Shown here: one piece after another, positions 19,264 to 28,083 of the stretch | Position numbering within the stretch: the first letter of the stretch is position 1 | How the letters are laid out: the number at the start of each line of letters is the position of its first letter | From: Methanothrix sp. | Lineage (GTDB): Archaea > Halobacteriota > Methanosarcinia > Methanotrichales > Methanotrichaceae | DNA length: 46,287 nucleotides | Assembly (NCBI GenBank): GCA_040770465.1 | Contig: JAXGJB010000018.1 | Span: 1 to 46,287, forward strand | Direction of reading: 5' to 3' | Program-made: the position numbers and the translations under genes | Notes under the pieces: generated by a model | Told to the model about the DNA's origin: nothing | Seen by the model: only the letters and a program-made list of their open reading frames with translations | The model's database searches: none

Positions 19264-19977
19264 ATGGTGAAGATCTCAATGGTACTGGCGGTAATGGCGT
19301 CCATCATTACCATACCTCTCTCATCCCCCTCAGAAGGGGACCTGCTCCAGGGCGACGGGTCCATTCCAGGGGCAGGATCGGAGATGTTTCTCGAACCCCT
19401 CCCGGATGATGGTGGGGGCGCAAGACCTCACTCTGGGCCTGTGGCGGATGGCGACGATCAGCCCCCGGGCGGCCCCTTCCGAGCGGAGGGAGTCGCCCTG
19501 GAAAGGGGTGAGACCTACTTCCTCCACATATGGCTGATCGATACGAAACGGATTCCTCCTGCTCTGGCCAGAGATATGCTCAGGGAGAACAGAAGCCTCG
19601 ATGAGATCAGGGAGGAGATCTCCGTCTCCGAGGGGACGAACACCACCCGGGGCGGGATGGTCCTGGGGGAGAACCGGTTCATCCTGGTGGAGATCAACCA
19701 GACCGTAGAGGAGAACTGCACCATCTTCGATGCAGACCTGGTGAGATTCGAAGAGATACAAATGGGCGCGTTCAATCGGACAGCAGGCCACATCACCGTC
19801 AGAACCTGTGAAGAGAACGGCGTCCAGGTGGGCCTGGGTAACCTGACCCTGACCGACGACGAGGGAGTGGATACGAGCTACAAGCTCACATTCCTCCCCT
19901 CCCAGCTCGAACATATCACCCCGGGTAACGGCGGTCAGACACTTCGATCGCAGGAGGCGAACCATGCCCCTGGTTGA
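19264..19977 (+). CDS. Secreted hypothetical protein (paralogue of the upstream gene)
   Basis: Signal-like N-terminus; overlaps the ABC ATPase start; ORF track start is TTG 19258. Confidence 0.75.
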   Translation: MVKISMVLAVMASIITIPLSSPSEGDLLQGDGSIPGAGSEMFLEPLPDDGGGARPHSGPVADGDDQPPGGPFRAEGVALERGETYFLHIWLIDTKRIPPALARDMLRENRSLDEIREEISVSEGTNTTRGGMVLGENRFILVEINQTVEENCTIFDADLVRFEEIQMGAFNRTAGHITVRTCEENGVQVGLGNLTLTDDEGVDTSYKLTFLPSQLEHITPGNGGQTLRSQEANHAPG

Positions 19978-20641
19978 GACGAGAGACCTCGAGAAGAGCT
20001 ACAGGGTTGGAGATATGGATGTCCCGGTCCTCAGGGGGATAGACCTCGACATAGACGAGGGGGAGTTTGTAGCCCTGATGGGACCCTCAGGCTGCGGAAA
20101 GAGCACCCTCATGAACATCCTCGGATGTCTCGATCGACCAACGAGAGGCAGAGCTCTTCTGAACGGCCAGGATCTGGGCGGCCTCTCCGACCGGGATCTG
20201 GCCAGAATAAGGAGAGATGAGATCGGATTCGTCTTCCAGAGCTTCAACCTCATAGGGAGGATGTCCAATTTGATGAACGTCGAGCTTCCCATGATCCTCA
20301 GGGAGACGGATAGAGACGTCAGACGAGATCGAGCAGAAGAGCTTCTGGAGGCTGTGGGGCTCGGACACCGGCTCGACTACAGCCCTTCAAACCTATCCGG
20401 TGGGGAGCGGCAGAGGGTGGCGATCGCCAGGGCTCTCGCCAACGATCCGTCCATCATCCTAGCCGACGAGCCTACTGGAAACCTCGACCAGAAGAGCACA
20501 GAAGAGATCATCGGTATCATGCACAAACTGAACAAAGAAGGTCGCACCATCATTATGGTGACCCACGATGTTGAAACGACGGAAGGCTGCAGCCGCGTCG
20601 TCTGGATGAGAGACGGACAGGTACAGGAGGACGCATCGTGA
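19964..20641 (+). CDS. ABC ATP-binding protein (MacB/LolD type)
   Basis: GPSGCGKSTLMNILGCLDRPT, LSGGERQRVAIARAL, ADEPTGNLD, VTHD. Confidence 0.94.
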   Translation: MPLVETRDLEKSYRVGDMDVPVLRGIDLDIDEGEFVALMGPSGCGKSTLMNILGCLDRPTRGRALLNGQDLGGLSDRDLARIRRDEIGFVFQSFNLIGRMSNLMNVELPMILRETDRDVRRDRAEELLEAVGLGHRLDYSPSNLSGGERQRVAIARALANDPSIILADEPTGNLDQKSTEEIIGIMHKLNKEGRTIIMVTHDVETTEGCSRVVWMRDGQVQEDAS

Positions 20642-21573
20642 AGCAAGAGCACGGTCCGAGAAGATGCCCGGCTTTTGCTCTCCTGGTCCTGATCCTGGTA
20701 TCGGCCCATTGCCTTGTCCCGTCGGCGTTTGGATACCCCTACGGCTACATGTACCGCGTCCCCGAGCCGACGATCGTAATCGAGTCCTCGGTATCTCCCG
20801 AGGTTTTGATGCCCGGGGACACGGGGATCGTATCGATAATGATCGAGAACTGTGCAGATCAGTACGTCGTCTCCTACCAGAGGGAGGACTTCTCATTCAC
20901 CGTCCCGATATACCGGGTAGAGCTGGTCGGAACCGATGGGTTTGAGGTGTTGACGGACCCCTATGAGGACGTCGGAACCATCGGACCAGGCGACCGGATC
21001 ACCCTCTACTTCAACATCAAAGCGGACGAGGAGATGACAGACGGAACCCACTTCCTGGATGCGTTGCTGGTCAGCGGTTACGAAGAAGCCCCATCAGAGA
21101 CGAACAGGAAGGTCCCGGTGGATGTGGACTCCTCCGACGTCATGCTGATCCAGGCCGAGACTCCCACCTCCGCCAGCGCCAGCCTCGACGTCGCAAACCC
21201 CAGGCAGAACACCCTCAACGCCGTGACGATCGTCCCTGAAGCCGAAGGTGTAGAGTTCTCGCCCGAGGAGTACTACATCGGCACCATGGAGGCTGACGAG
21301 ATATTCACCATCGACTTCGACCTCAAGCCGACGTCGCCCGCCGAAATGATCGATCTGAAATTCAGGGCGAGGTTCAAGAACGGCGACACATGGCACGAGT
21401 CCGAGGTCTACACCACGACCCTCAAGGCCGGAGCGGTTGCCTCCAACGGAGCGAGGGGCCCGCCCGGAGAGGGGGAGCCCGGGTCCAGGACCACGACGGC
21501 CGCCGCCGCTATCCTCATCCCGACGGTGATCGGCGGAGCTTACTATTGGCGGAGGAGGGCAAAGAGACCTTGA
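20638..21573 (+). CDS. COG1361-like S-layer/Ig-fold accessory protein with C-terminal TM anchor
   Basis: Signal peptide; PEVLMPGDTG; EYYIGTM..DEIFTIDF; C-terminal TM followed by WRRRAKR. Confidence 0.8.
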   Translation: MKQEHGPRRCPAFALLVLILVSAHCLVPSAFGYPYGYMYRVPEPTIVIESSVSPEVLMPGDTGIVSIMIENCADQYVVSYQREDFSFTVPIYRVELVGTDGFEVLTDPYEDVGTIGPGDRITLYFNIKADEEMTDGTHFLDALLVSGYEEAPSETNRKVPVDVDSSDVMLIQAETPTSASASLDVANPRQNTLNAVTIVPEAEGVEFSPEEYYIGTMEADEIFTIDFDLKPTSPAEMIDLKFRARFKNGDTWHESEVYTTTLKAGAVASNGARGPPGEGEPGSRTTTAAAAILIPTVIGGAYYWRRRAKRP

Positions 21574-21590
21574 TCTCATCCTCGACGCCT

Positions 21591-21647
21591 GGATCGGAAT
21601 CGGAATCGAAACTGGAATCGGAATCTAAACCGGAATCGGAGATTCGG
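21591..21647 (+). repeat. Intergenic GGAATC hexamer repeat tract
   Basis: ggatcggaatcggaatcgaaactggaatcggaatctaaaccggaatcggagattcgg. Confidence 0.75.
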
Positions 21648-21658
21648 AGGCGGCATCG

Positions 21659-22876
21659 GTGAGACCCGGCGACATGCTGGAGTACGTCCTGTTGAGCTTC
21701 AAGGCCGACCGGCGGAGGGCTTTCATGTCGAGCCTCGGGATCATCATCGGGGTGATCTCGATAGTCGCTCTCCTCTCGGTGAGCCAGGGGCTCTACGGCG
21801 GCGTCAACGAGCGGTTCGGCGACCTCGATATGGACCTGGTCACTGTGAGGCCCGGATCGGGGATGGGGATGGGTCCCGACGACCGCAGGCCCGCGGCCGC
21901 GGCTGAGGAGCCCGCCGAGTTCGACGATCGCGACGTCAAGATAATCGAGAACGTCCTGGGGGTCGAGGCGGTCTATCCCCTCAAAACCTCGAGGGCCCTC
22001 CTCTCGTTCCGGGGACAGAACACCTCCGCGAGCGTCGTCGGGATCTCCCCTGAGAACCATGACGACCTGAAGGAGGTGATAGCTAGAGGCCGGTTTCTGA
22101 CCGGCTCCGACTACAAGGCGGCGGTGGTCAATAGCGACGTGGCTCTGGAGTACTTCAGGATGGAGATCTCTCCGGGTAACCAGATAAGGCTCTATCAGAC
22201 CGACGAGGACCGCTACATGGACTTCAAGGTGGTGGGTGTGTTGGAGGAGGACGAGGATCCGACTTACGCCTCCAACGGCGGCATATACATCACCCACAAG
22301 GCGATGGAGGAGTTCCTCGACGTCGATGAGTACCACTTCGACAGCATAACGGCGAGGGCCGAGGACGCCTCCCAGGTGGAGTCTCTGGCAGAAGTGATCG
22401 AGAAGGACCTCTCCAGGATTCACAGGGACGAGGCTTACAGCGTGGAGGCGTTGACGACGAGGTTTGAGTCGATGCTGGAGGTGCTGAACATGATCAAGTA
22501 CGCCCTCGCCGGCATCGGTTCCATATCTCTCATCGTGGGGGCGATCGGCATATCCAACGTCATGATGCTGACGGTCAAAGAGAGGACCCACGAGATCGGG
22601 GTGATGAAGGCGATCGGGGCCACCACCTGGGATGTCAGGGCGCTCTACCTCCTGGACGCTGGGATGCTGGGGCTTGCGAGCAGCCTCGTGGGAATCGTGC
22701 TTGGCACCCTGGTCGCAGACTTCGTGGGATCGGTGGCGAACATACCCCAGGAGGTGACCCTCCAGTCGGTGGCCTTCGGCCTCGTCTTCGGCGTTCTGAT
22801 CACCACCGTCGCCGGGATTTATCCCGCCAATAAAGCGGCGATGCTCGACCCCATCGAGGCCCTCCGGGCGGAGTGA
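21659..22876 (+). CDS. ABC permease (MacB/FtsX family)
   Basis: LGIIIGV; large extracellular domain; IGISNVMMLTVKERTHEIGVMKAIGA; YPA.KAA.LDPIEALR. Confidence 0.93.
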   Translation: MRPGDMLEYVLLSFKADRRRAFMSSLGIIIGVISIVALLSVSQGLYGGVNERFGDLDMDLVTVRPGSGMGMGPDDRRPAAAAEEPAEFDDRDVKIIENVLGVEAVYPLKTSRALLSFRGQNTSASVVGISPENHDDLKEVIARGRFLTGSDYKAAVVNSDVALEYFRMEISPGNQIRLYQTDEDRYMDFKVVGVLEEDEDPTYASNGGIYITHKAMEEFLDVDEYHFDSITARAEDASQVESLAEVIEKDLSRIHRDEAYSVEALTTRFESMLEVLNMIKYALAGIGSISLIVGAIGISNVMMLTVKERTHEIGVMKAIGATTWDVRALYLLDAGMLGLASSLVGIVLGTLVADFVGSVANIPQEVTLQSVAFGLVFGVLITTVAGIYPANKAAMLDPIEALRAE

Positions 22877-23045
22877 TGGAAGCATGTTCAATCATGGAGG
22901 TCATCGGCGGAAGAACGCAAGCTTCCGGGCCCGTCCCGAAAGCCCTCTGGCGAAATGCGCAAGTTTCAGTAATCCTCCTCTCCCTTGCCAGAGGGCCGGG
23001 AACGCGGGTCTCGTGCTTCCCGCTGACGAATTGAGGTAGCAAAAA

Positions 23046-23582
23046 ATGATGAAGACGAAATTTAGAAGCCTTGGTCTTGCCTGTCTGATCTGTACACTGA
23101 TGGCAGCAGTTTCAGCCGAGGAGATATCCCTGGACCCGGTTACGGTGAACATTGACCTCGGGGATATTGAGGACTACACGATAGAGGTGGGTGACGCCAT
23201 CGAGGCCACCCACTGCGAGCGTCCAGAGTTCGATTATACGATATACCCGGTGACGATAGAGAGCGATGACGGCCAAATAGAGCTGGAAGTCCACGAGCTG
23301 GACGAGCAGATGGAGATTACGACCTGGGTTCTGGAGCACTGCATCCTGACCGCTGGTTTTCCCTCTCTGACGGAAGAATACGAGGGCTCTGGTGAGAGCT
23401 TCACCATGGACGGGCACGATGGGGTCATGGTGACGGCAGACGATGACGACCGGACGGTTTACGGCGCAGTCTACAGCCCGGATGAAGATGGTGGCTGGGG
23501 AAGTCTGTTCTTCCTCATCTGCTCGGACCTCCCGTGGGACGTCACCGAGACGATCTTCGAGTCGGCAGAGGTGGAAGAGTAA
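23046..23582 (+). CDS. Secreted acidic hypothetical protein
   Basis: GAGGT SD; signal peptide ending AVSA; very Asp/Glu-rich; T-tract downstream. Confidence 0.78.
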   Translation: MMKTKFRSLGLACLICTLMAAVSAEEISLDPVTVNIDLGDIEDYTIEVGDAIEATHCERPEFDYTIYPVTIESDDGQIELEVHELDEQMEITTWVLEHCILTAGFPSLTEEYEGSGESFTMDGHDGVMVTADDDDRTVYGAVYSPDEDGGWGSLFFLICSDLPWDVTETIFESAEVEE

Positions 23583-23674
23583 ACCAAGATCCAACCGGCC
23601 ACTTTTTTGGTCGAGGTAATTGGTCGAGGTCAGAACAGGTGGAAGTATAAGTAGAAGTACGATACGATGATTCC

Positions 23675-23974
23675 ATGAAGACCAACCGATTGCTGCTCAA
23701 GGTTAACAGGATATCTGCCTGGACTCTCCTCGTCCTGATGACCGCTTACATCGTGACGGGATATGCCTGGAGTGAACGGATAATAATGAGCCCTCGAGAG
23801 GCGATGTACTGGCACACCAACCTGGACCTGTACCTGGTATTCTTCTTCCTGGTACACGTCCTCATCAGCGCCAGGTTCACTTTGCGGAGATACGGGGTGA
23901 AGTACCGCATAATGAACCCGGCCCTTCTGGTCATCGGCCTCGTCGCCTTCGCATCGGTCTTGCAGATCTCGTGA
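23675..23974 (+). CDS. Small 3-TM membrane protein with H-x13-H (DUF4405/cytochrome b-like)
   Basis: Three hydrophobic segments; ..VTGY; His47 and His61 on the second helix. Confidence 0.7.
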   Translation: MKTNRLLLKVNRISAWTLLVLMTAYIVTGYAWSERIIMSPREAMYWHTNLDLYLVFFFLVHVLISARFTLRRYGVKYRIMNPALLVIGLVAFASVLQIS

Positions 23975-24242
23975 ACCTCTAAAGATCGAGGGCTACTGCC
24001 CTTCGACTCCCTACATCGCGGTCGTCTCCGGACCCGCCCCGACAGCCCTCCGGCGAAACTCCCTCCCGATTCGGATCGTCCCTCCATATATTCGCCGGGG
24101 GGCCGGGAACGCGGGCCGAAGGCGGTCTCGATCGAATGATATTTAAATTTGAGTTGCTCTGAGACCAAATCATATTTGAACGATTATATGAGGCGAACCT
24201 CGCAGATTCAAGGGGTTCGTCCTCGAAAGGTGGTAAAACGAT

Positions 24243-25127
24243 ATGGTATCCAGCATGATGAGTAAATCTCTGAAATTGGTGGCTATGATCTCAATCCTTG
24301 CAGTCGCCGGATTGATCTCGCTCGGAATGGCATCTGATGAAGGGGTGCAGGAATCAGCCGATATCAGCGGGCCTGACGGTGGTTCGATGGCTGGCGTCGT
24401 CAATGGAACGATTAATGTCTCCGATAACGCCTCCAATAACGCATCCGAGTCCGCCCCGAACATGACGAACATGACGAACCAGACCTCCGCCGAAGACCTG
24501 AACGTCAGCGTAGTCGAGCTGAGCACCGTGGACAACGGCACCGATGCGGAAGAGGGGGCCGAGACGACGGTGATAAGCTATTCACCGTCCGCCGGTGTGA
24601 CCGAAGAAGGTGTGGCTGAAGGGGCTGAAGTTGAGGTCATCGGGGCCGGAGCTGGGGCGCTCGAACCGACAGAGCTGGGGGCTCTGGGAGGCGCTTCCGA
24701 AGCTTCCGCAACTGGGAACGCCTCGGATCTCAGCACCATCGGCGAGGAGACCGCAGTCGCCAGCACGACCAATGCGACGGAGCCGATGGACGTCGCGGCC
24801 CTGGGAGAGGGGCTGAACGCGTCCGCCGGGAACGCCACAGATCTGAGCACCCTCGGCGAGGCGACCGCGGTCGCCAGCACGACCAACCTGACAGAGCCGA
24901 TGGATGTGAGGGTCCTGGGGAACGTCCTCTTCACCCCTCCGGCAGATAACGTGAGGAGTCTCAGCACCCTCGGGAACGTGACGGCAGCCGAGCCCGCAGA
25001 TGAGACCGAGCCCGGCTTCGCCTCCCTCTCAAACGCCACTTTTGGCGGTGCGGAGTCCACCGACGTGAAGGACCTGAGCGCGGCTCTGGGGATCGAATTT
25101 AATTCCGAGGTCGTCGAAGAAGCCTGA
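24243..25127 (+). CDS. Secreted low-complexity acidic glycoprotein with 38-aa repeats
   Basis: Signal peptide; many N-x-S/T sequons; 114-bp duplication (24714 vs 24828); start may be 24255/24258. Confidence 0.78.
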   Translation: MVSSMMSKSLKLVAMISILAVAGLISLGMASDEGVQESADISGPDGGSMAGVVNGTINVSDNASNNASESAPNMTNMTNQTSAEDLNVSVVELSTVDNGTDAEEGAETTVISYSPSAGVTEEGVAEGAEVEVIGAGAGALEPTELGALGGASEASATGNASDLSTIGEETAVASTTNATEPMDVAALGEGLNASAGNATDLSTLGEATAVASTTNLTEPMDVRVLGNVLFTPPADNVRSLSTLGNVTAAEPADETEPGFASLSNATFGGAESTDVKDLSAALGIEFNSEVVEEA

Positions 25128-25389
25128 TGCTGATGCTCACGAGCAGATCTTGCGGGAGGGCGAGGGCGCGTTCCCTCAGGAAGCTGAGGCGCGTTCCCCT
25201 CTCGCCGATGGGCTCCTGGCAATCTCCTTTTTTAGATTGTAAGCGACTCCAATCGTAGTGGGCCGCCTCTCTATGGTCCTGTCTGAAAAGCGAGGGTGGG
25301 TTCTGCCCGGAGGTATTCCCAGGCGGCAATATGGGCGCGCTTCCACAAACACCTGCAAGCTTGATGCCTTTGCTTTATCTCCCGGATCT

Positions 25390-26109
25390 CTACTTCGCAT
25401 CTACCGCCCTGTTTTTAAGAACCCCCAGCCCATCGACCTCCACCTCCACCAGGTCTCCGGCCTGAAGCGATCCGACGCCGGGTGGCGTTCCCGTAGCGAT
25501 GACATCTCCGGGGAGGAGGGTCATGATCTCGCTTATGAACTCCATCAGCTCCGGAACCGAGAAGATCAGGTCCGAGGTGTTGGAGCTCTGCCTCACCGAG
25601 CCGTTCACCCTCGTCTGGATGGCGAGGCTTGAGGGGTCGAGATCGACGACGTAAGGGCCCAGGGGCGCGAAGGTGTCGAAGCTCTTGGCCCGGGTCCACT
25701 GGCCGTCCCTTCTCTGGAGGTCCCGGGCGGTGACGTCGTTGAAGTTCGCGTATCCCAGGATGTAGTCGTCGGCCTTCTCGGCCGGGACGCCTCTGCACTT
25801 TTTGCCGATCACCACCGCCAGCTCTCCCTCGTAGTCGACCTGGCTGCTTGATGGGGGCATAACGATATCAGCGCCCGGGCCGACCACCGCCGTTGGGGGC
25901 TTGAGGAATATGATCGGCTCGGATGGGAGGTCCATCTTCAGCTCTTCGGCGTGCTCGACGTAGTTCAGACCGACGCATACCACCTTGCTCGGCAGCGCTG
26001 GGGCGAGGAGAGCCACCTCGTCGAGGTCGTAGGCTCTGCCTTTTGCCTCGATGGAACTGCCTGAAACCTCGCCCTCCAAAACCTCATCACCGAATTGAAA
26101 CCTGGCCAT
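25390..26109 (-). CDS. Fumarylacetoacetate hydrolase family protein
   Basis: KVVCVGLNY..HAEE, FLKP, DYEGEL, NDVTARD, AKSFDTF, GDVIATGTP. Confidence 0.93.
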   Translation of the reverse strand: MARFQFGDEVLEGEVSGSSIEAKGRAYDLDEVALLAPALPSKVVCVGLNYVEHAEELKMDLPSEPIIFLKPPTAVVGPGADIVMPPSSSQVDYEGELAVVIGKKCRGVPAEKADDYILGYANFNDVTARDLQRRDGQWTRAKSFDTFAPLGPYVVDLDPSSLAIQTRVNGSVRQSSNTSDLIFSVPELMEFISEIMTLLPGDVIATGTPPGVGSLQAGDLVEVEVDGLGVLKNRAVDAK

Positions 26110-26140
26110 CAATGAAGATCACCTTCTGTCATCATCTAAG

Positions 26141-26899
26141 TCATTTTTTCAGGCCGCTGGGGCCTCTTCCGTACCGGCCGAACTCGGTTCCCACAAGCCT
26201 GTCGGACCTGATCACCGGCCCCTCGACGCAGACCCGGATCCCTGTGGGGTCGATGCAGCAGGAGCCGCAGATCCCCATGCCGCACTTGAAGTACCGGTCG
26301 ATGGACGCCTGGATCTTCGTCTCCATGCCGGGGCATCTCCCGATGATGTCGGCCATCATCGGCTCGGGGCCGCAGAGGTAGATCTGGTCGAACTCCTGGA
26401 TGTTCAAACACGATAGACCCGCCGAGGCCCGGCCGCATATCCCCTCGGAGCCGTCGTCGGTCGTTATCACGAGGTCGCCGATCCTCTCAAACCTATTCCG
26501 GAAGATGACCTCGTCGCAGCACCGGAAGCCGAGGAGGGTCGAGACCTCGATCCCCCGCTCTCTTGCCGTCTCCCCCAGGAGGGCGAGGGGGGCTGCCCCC
26601 ACACCGCCGCCGACGAGGAGGATCTTCTCGCCGACGAGAGAGAAGCCGTTTCCCAGGGGGCCTCTTATTCCGAGGCTGTCGCCAACCTCGAGATCGAAGA
26701 TCGCACTCGTCGCCTCGCCCACCAGCTGGACGGTGATCCCGTTTCTGTAGGAGATGCTCATGGGGACCTCGTCGACCCCCCGCACCCAGATCATCACGTA
26801 CTGGCCGGGGACCGGGTCGAGGGCGAGGTCGAACCGGATGGTCCTGACGCTTGGGGTCTCCGGCACGATCTCGACGATCCGGGCGTTCTTCGGCCTCAT
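26141..26899 (-). CDS. pyrK: Dihydroorotate dehydrogenase electron transfer subunit
   Basis: PGQYVM, RGPLGNGF, GGGVG.AP, CGPEPM, CGMGICGSC...C 2Fe-2S motif; ATGA overlap with the pyrD stop. Confidence 0.92.
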   Translation of the reverse strand: MRPKNARIVEIVPETPSVRTIRFDLALDPVPGQYVMIWVRGVDEVPMSISYRNGITVQLVGEATSAIFDLEVGDSLGIRGPLGNGFSLVGEKILLVGGGVGAAPLALLGETARERGIEVSTLLGFRCCDEVIFRNRFERIGDLVITTDDGSEGICGRASAGLSCLNIQEFDQIYLCGPEPMMADIIGRCPGMETKIQASIDRYFKCGMGICGSCCIDPTGIRVCVEGPVIRSDRLVGTEFGRYGRGPSGLKK

Positions 26900-27801
26900 G
26901 AGAACCGCCTCGCAAAACCCACCAGCTCTTCCAGCGCCATTTTTTTCCGGTCGAGATATGCCGAGAGCCCCTCGGTGATGGACCTGAATATCCCGTAGCC
27001 TTCGGCGCTGCCGAGGGCTGTCCCCACCTGGACCCCTGCGGCTCCCGCCATGATCATCTCTGCGGCGTCCATCCAGTTGGAGACGCCACCGACGCCGATC
27101 ACCGGGATATCCAGGGCCGAGGCGAGGTCGTAGACGCACCTTATCGCCACCGGCTTGATCGCCGGGCCCGAGAGGCCTCCGAACCGGTTTCCCAGGATCG
27201 GACGGCCGGACTCCACATCTATGGCCATCGCCCTGAGGGTGTTTATCGCCACCACACCGTCGGCGCCCCCGCGCTGGGCGGCCAGCCCCAGGCTGACGAC
27301 GTCGGCGATGTTGGGGGTGAGCTTCACCCAGATCGGGACGTCGGCGCACTCCTTCACCGCCCGGGTGATCTCTTCGACGTTGCAGGCCTCGCATCCGATC
27401 TCGGAGCCGTATCTCTCGGCGTGAGGGCAGCTGAGGTTAAGCTCGAATCCGTCGGTGTCAAGGCCTTCTGCCACTTCCACGAACTCCCGGGGGCCGGAGC
27501 CGAAGATGCTGGCCACCACCGGAGCCCCACCCCCACGTCCGATATCGATCTCCTCCTGAAAGTTCCGGTATGAGGGGTTTGGAAGCCCCATGGCGTTCAG
27601 CAGCCCTCCCTCCACCTGGACCACGGTGGGCCCCCGGTGCCCGTCCCTGGGGACGACCCCCACCGACTTGGTAACAACCCCGCCGGCACCGGCCAGGGCC
27701 GCTCTTCTGAGGGAGGCTCCCGTGGTCCCCAGAATCCCCGCCGCAAGGATCACCGGGTTATCCATCCGGATTCCTCCCACCTCTCCCGAAAGGGATGCCA
27801 T
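26896..27801 (-). CDS. pyrD: Dihydroorotate dehydrogenase (class 1B) catalytic subunit
   Basis: TKS, NAMGLPN, ELNLSCPH, KLTPN, INT, GGLSGPAIKP. Confidence 0.95.
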   Translation of the reverse strand: MASLSGEVGGIRMDNPVILAAGILGTTGASLRRAALAGAGGVVTKSVGVVPRDGHRGPTVVQVEGGLLNAMGLPNPSYRNFQEEIDIGRGGGAPVVASIFGSGPREFVEVAEGLDTDGFELNLSCPHAERYGSEIGCEACNVEEITRAVKECADVPIWVKLTPNIADVVSLGLAAQRGGADGVVAINTLRAMAIDVESGRPILGNRFGGLSGPAIKPVAIRCVYDLASALDIPVIGVGGVSNWMDAAEMIMAGAAGVQVGTALGSAEGYGIFRSITEGLSAYLDRKKMALEELVGFARRFS

Positions 27802-28083
27802 GTCAGGAAAGTCGTCGATAGAGGATAAAAGTCTTCTCGAAGACCGACCTCGCCGAAGACTGAGGATCAGAAGCCGGAGGACGGGTCAGATCGTTCTGAA
27901 CCGACGTATATCACGAAGTTCGACACTGGGGCGGGAATTACTGATGCCGTTGGAGGGGCGCCTGGCCTCCAGTCGGTATGCATCAGATCATCCCCATCGC
28001 TTTGAGGCCTGCGCCATGCTCTCCAGCCTGTCTCGCCCCAGCCCCGCCCGAAGATCTTTGCCGCGAGACTCTTTGCCGCGAGG

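Noticed and set aside
26900-27394. N-terminal extension of the 417-aa ORF
   Set aside because: Out-of-frame overlap with pyrD; PyrK starts at the ATGA junction (26899)
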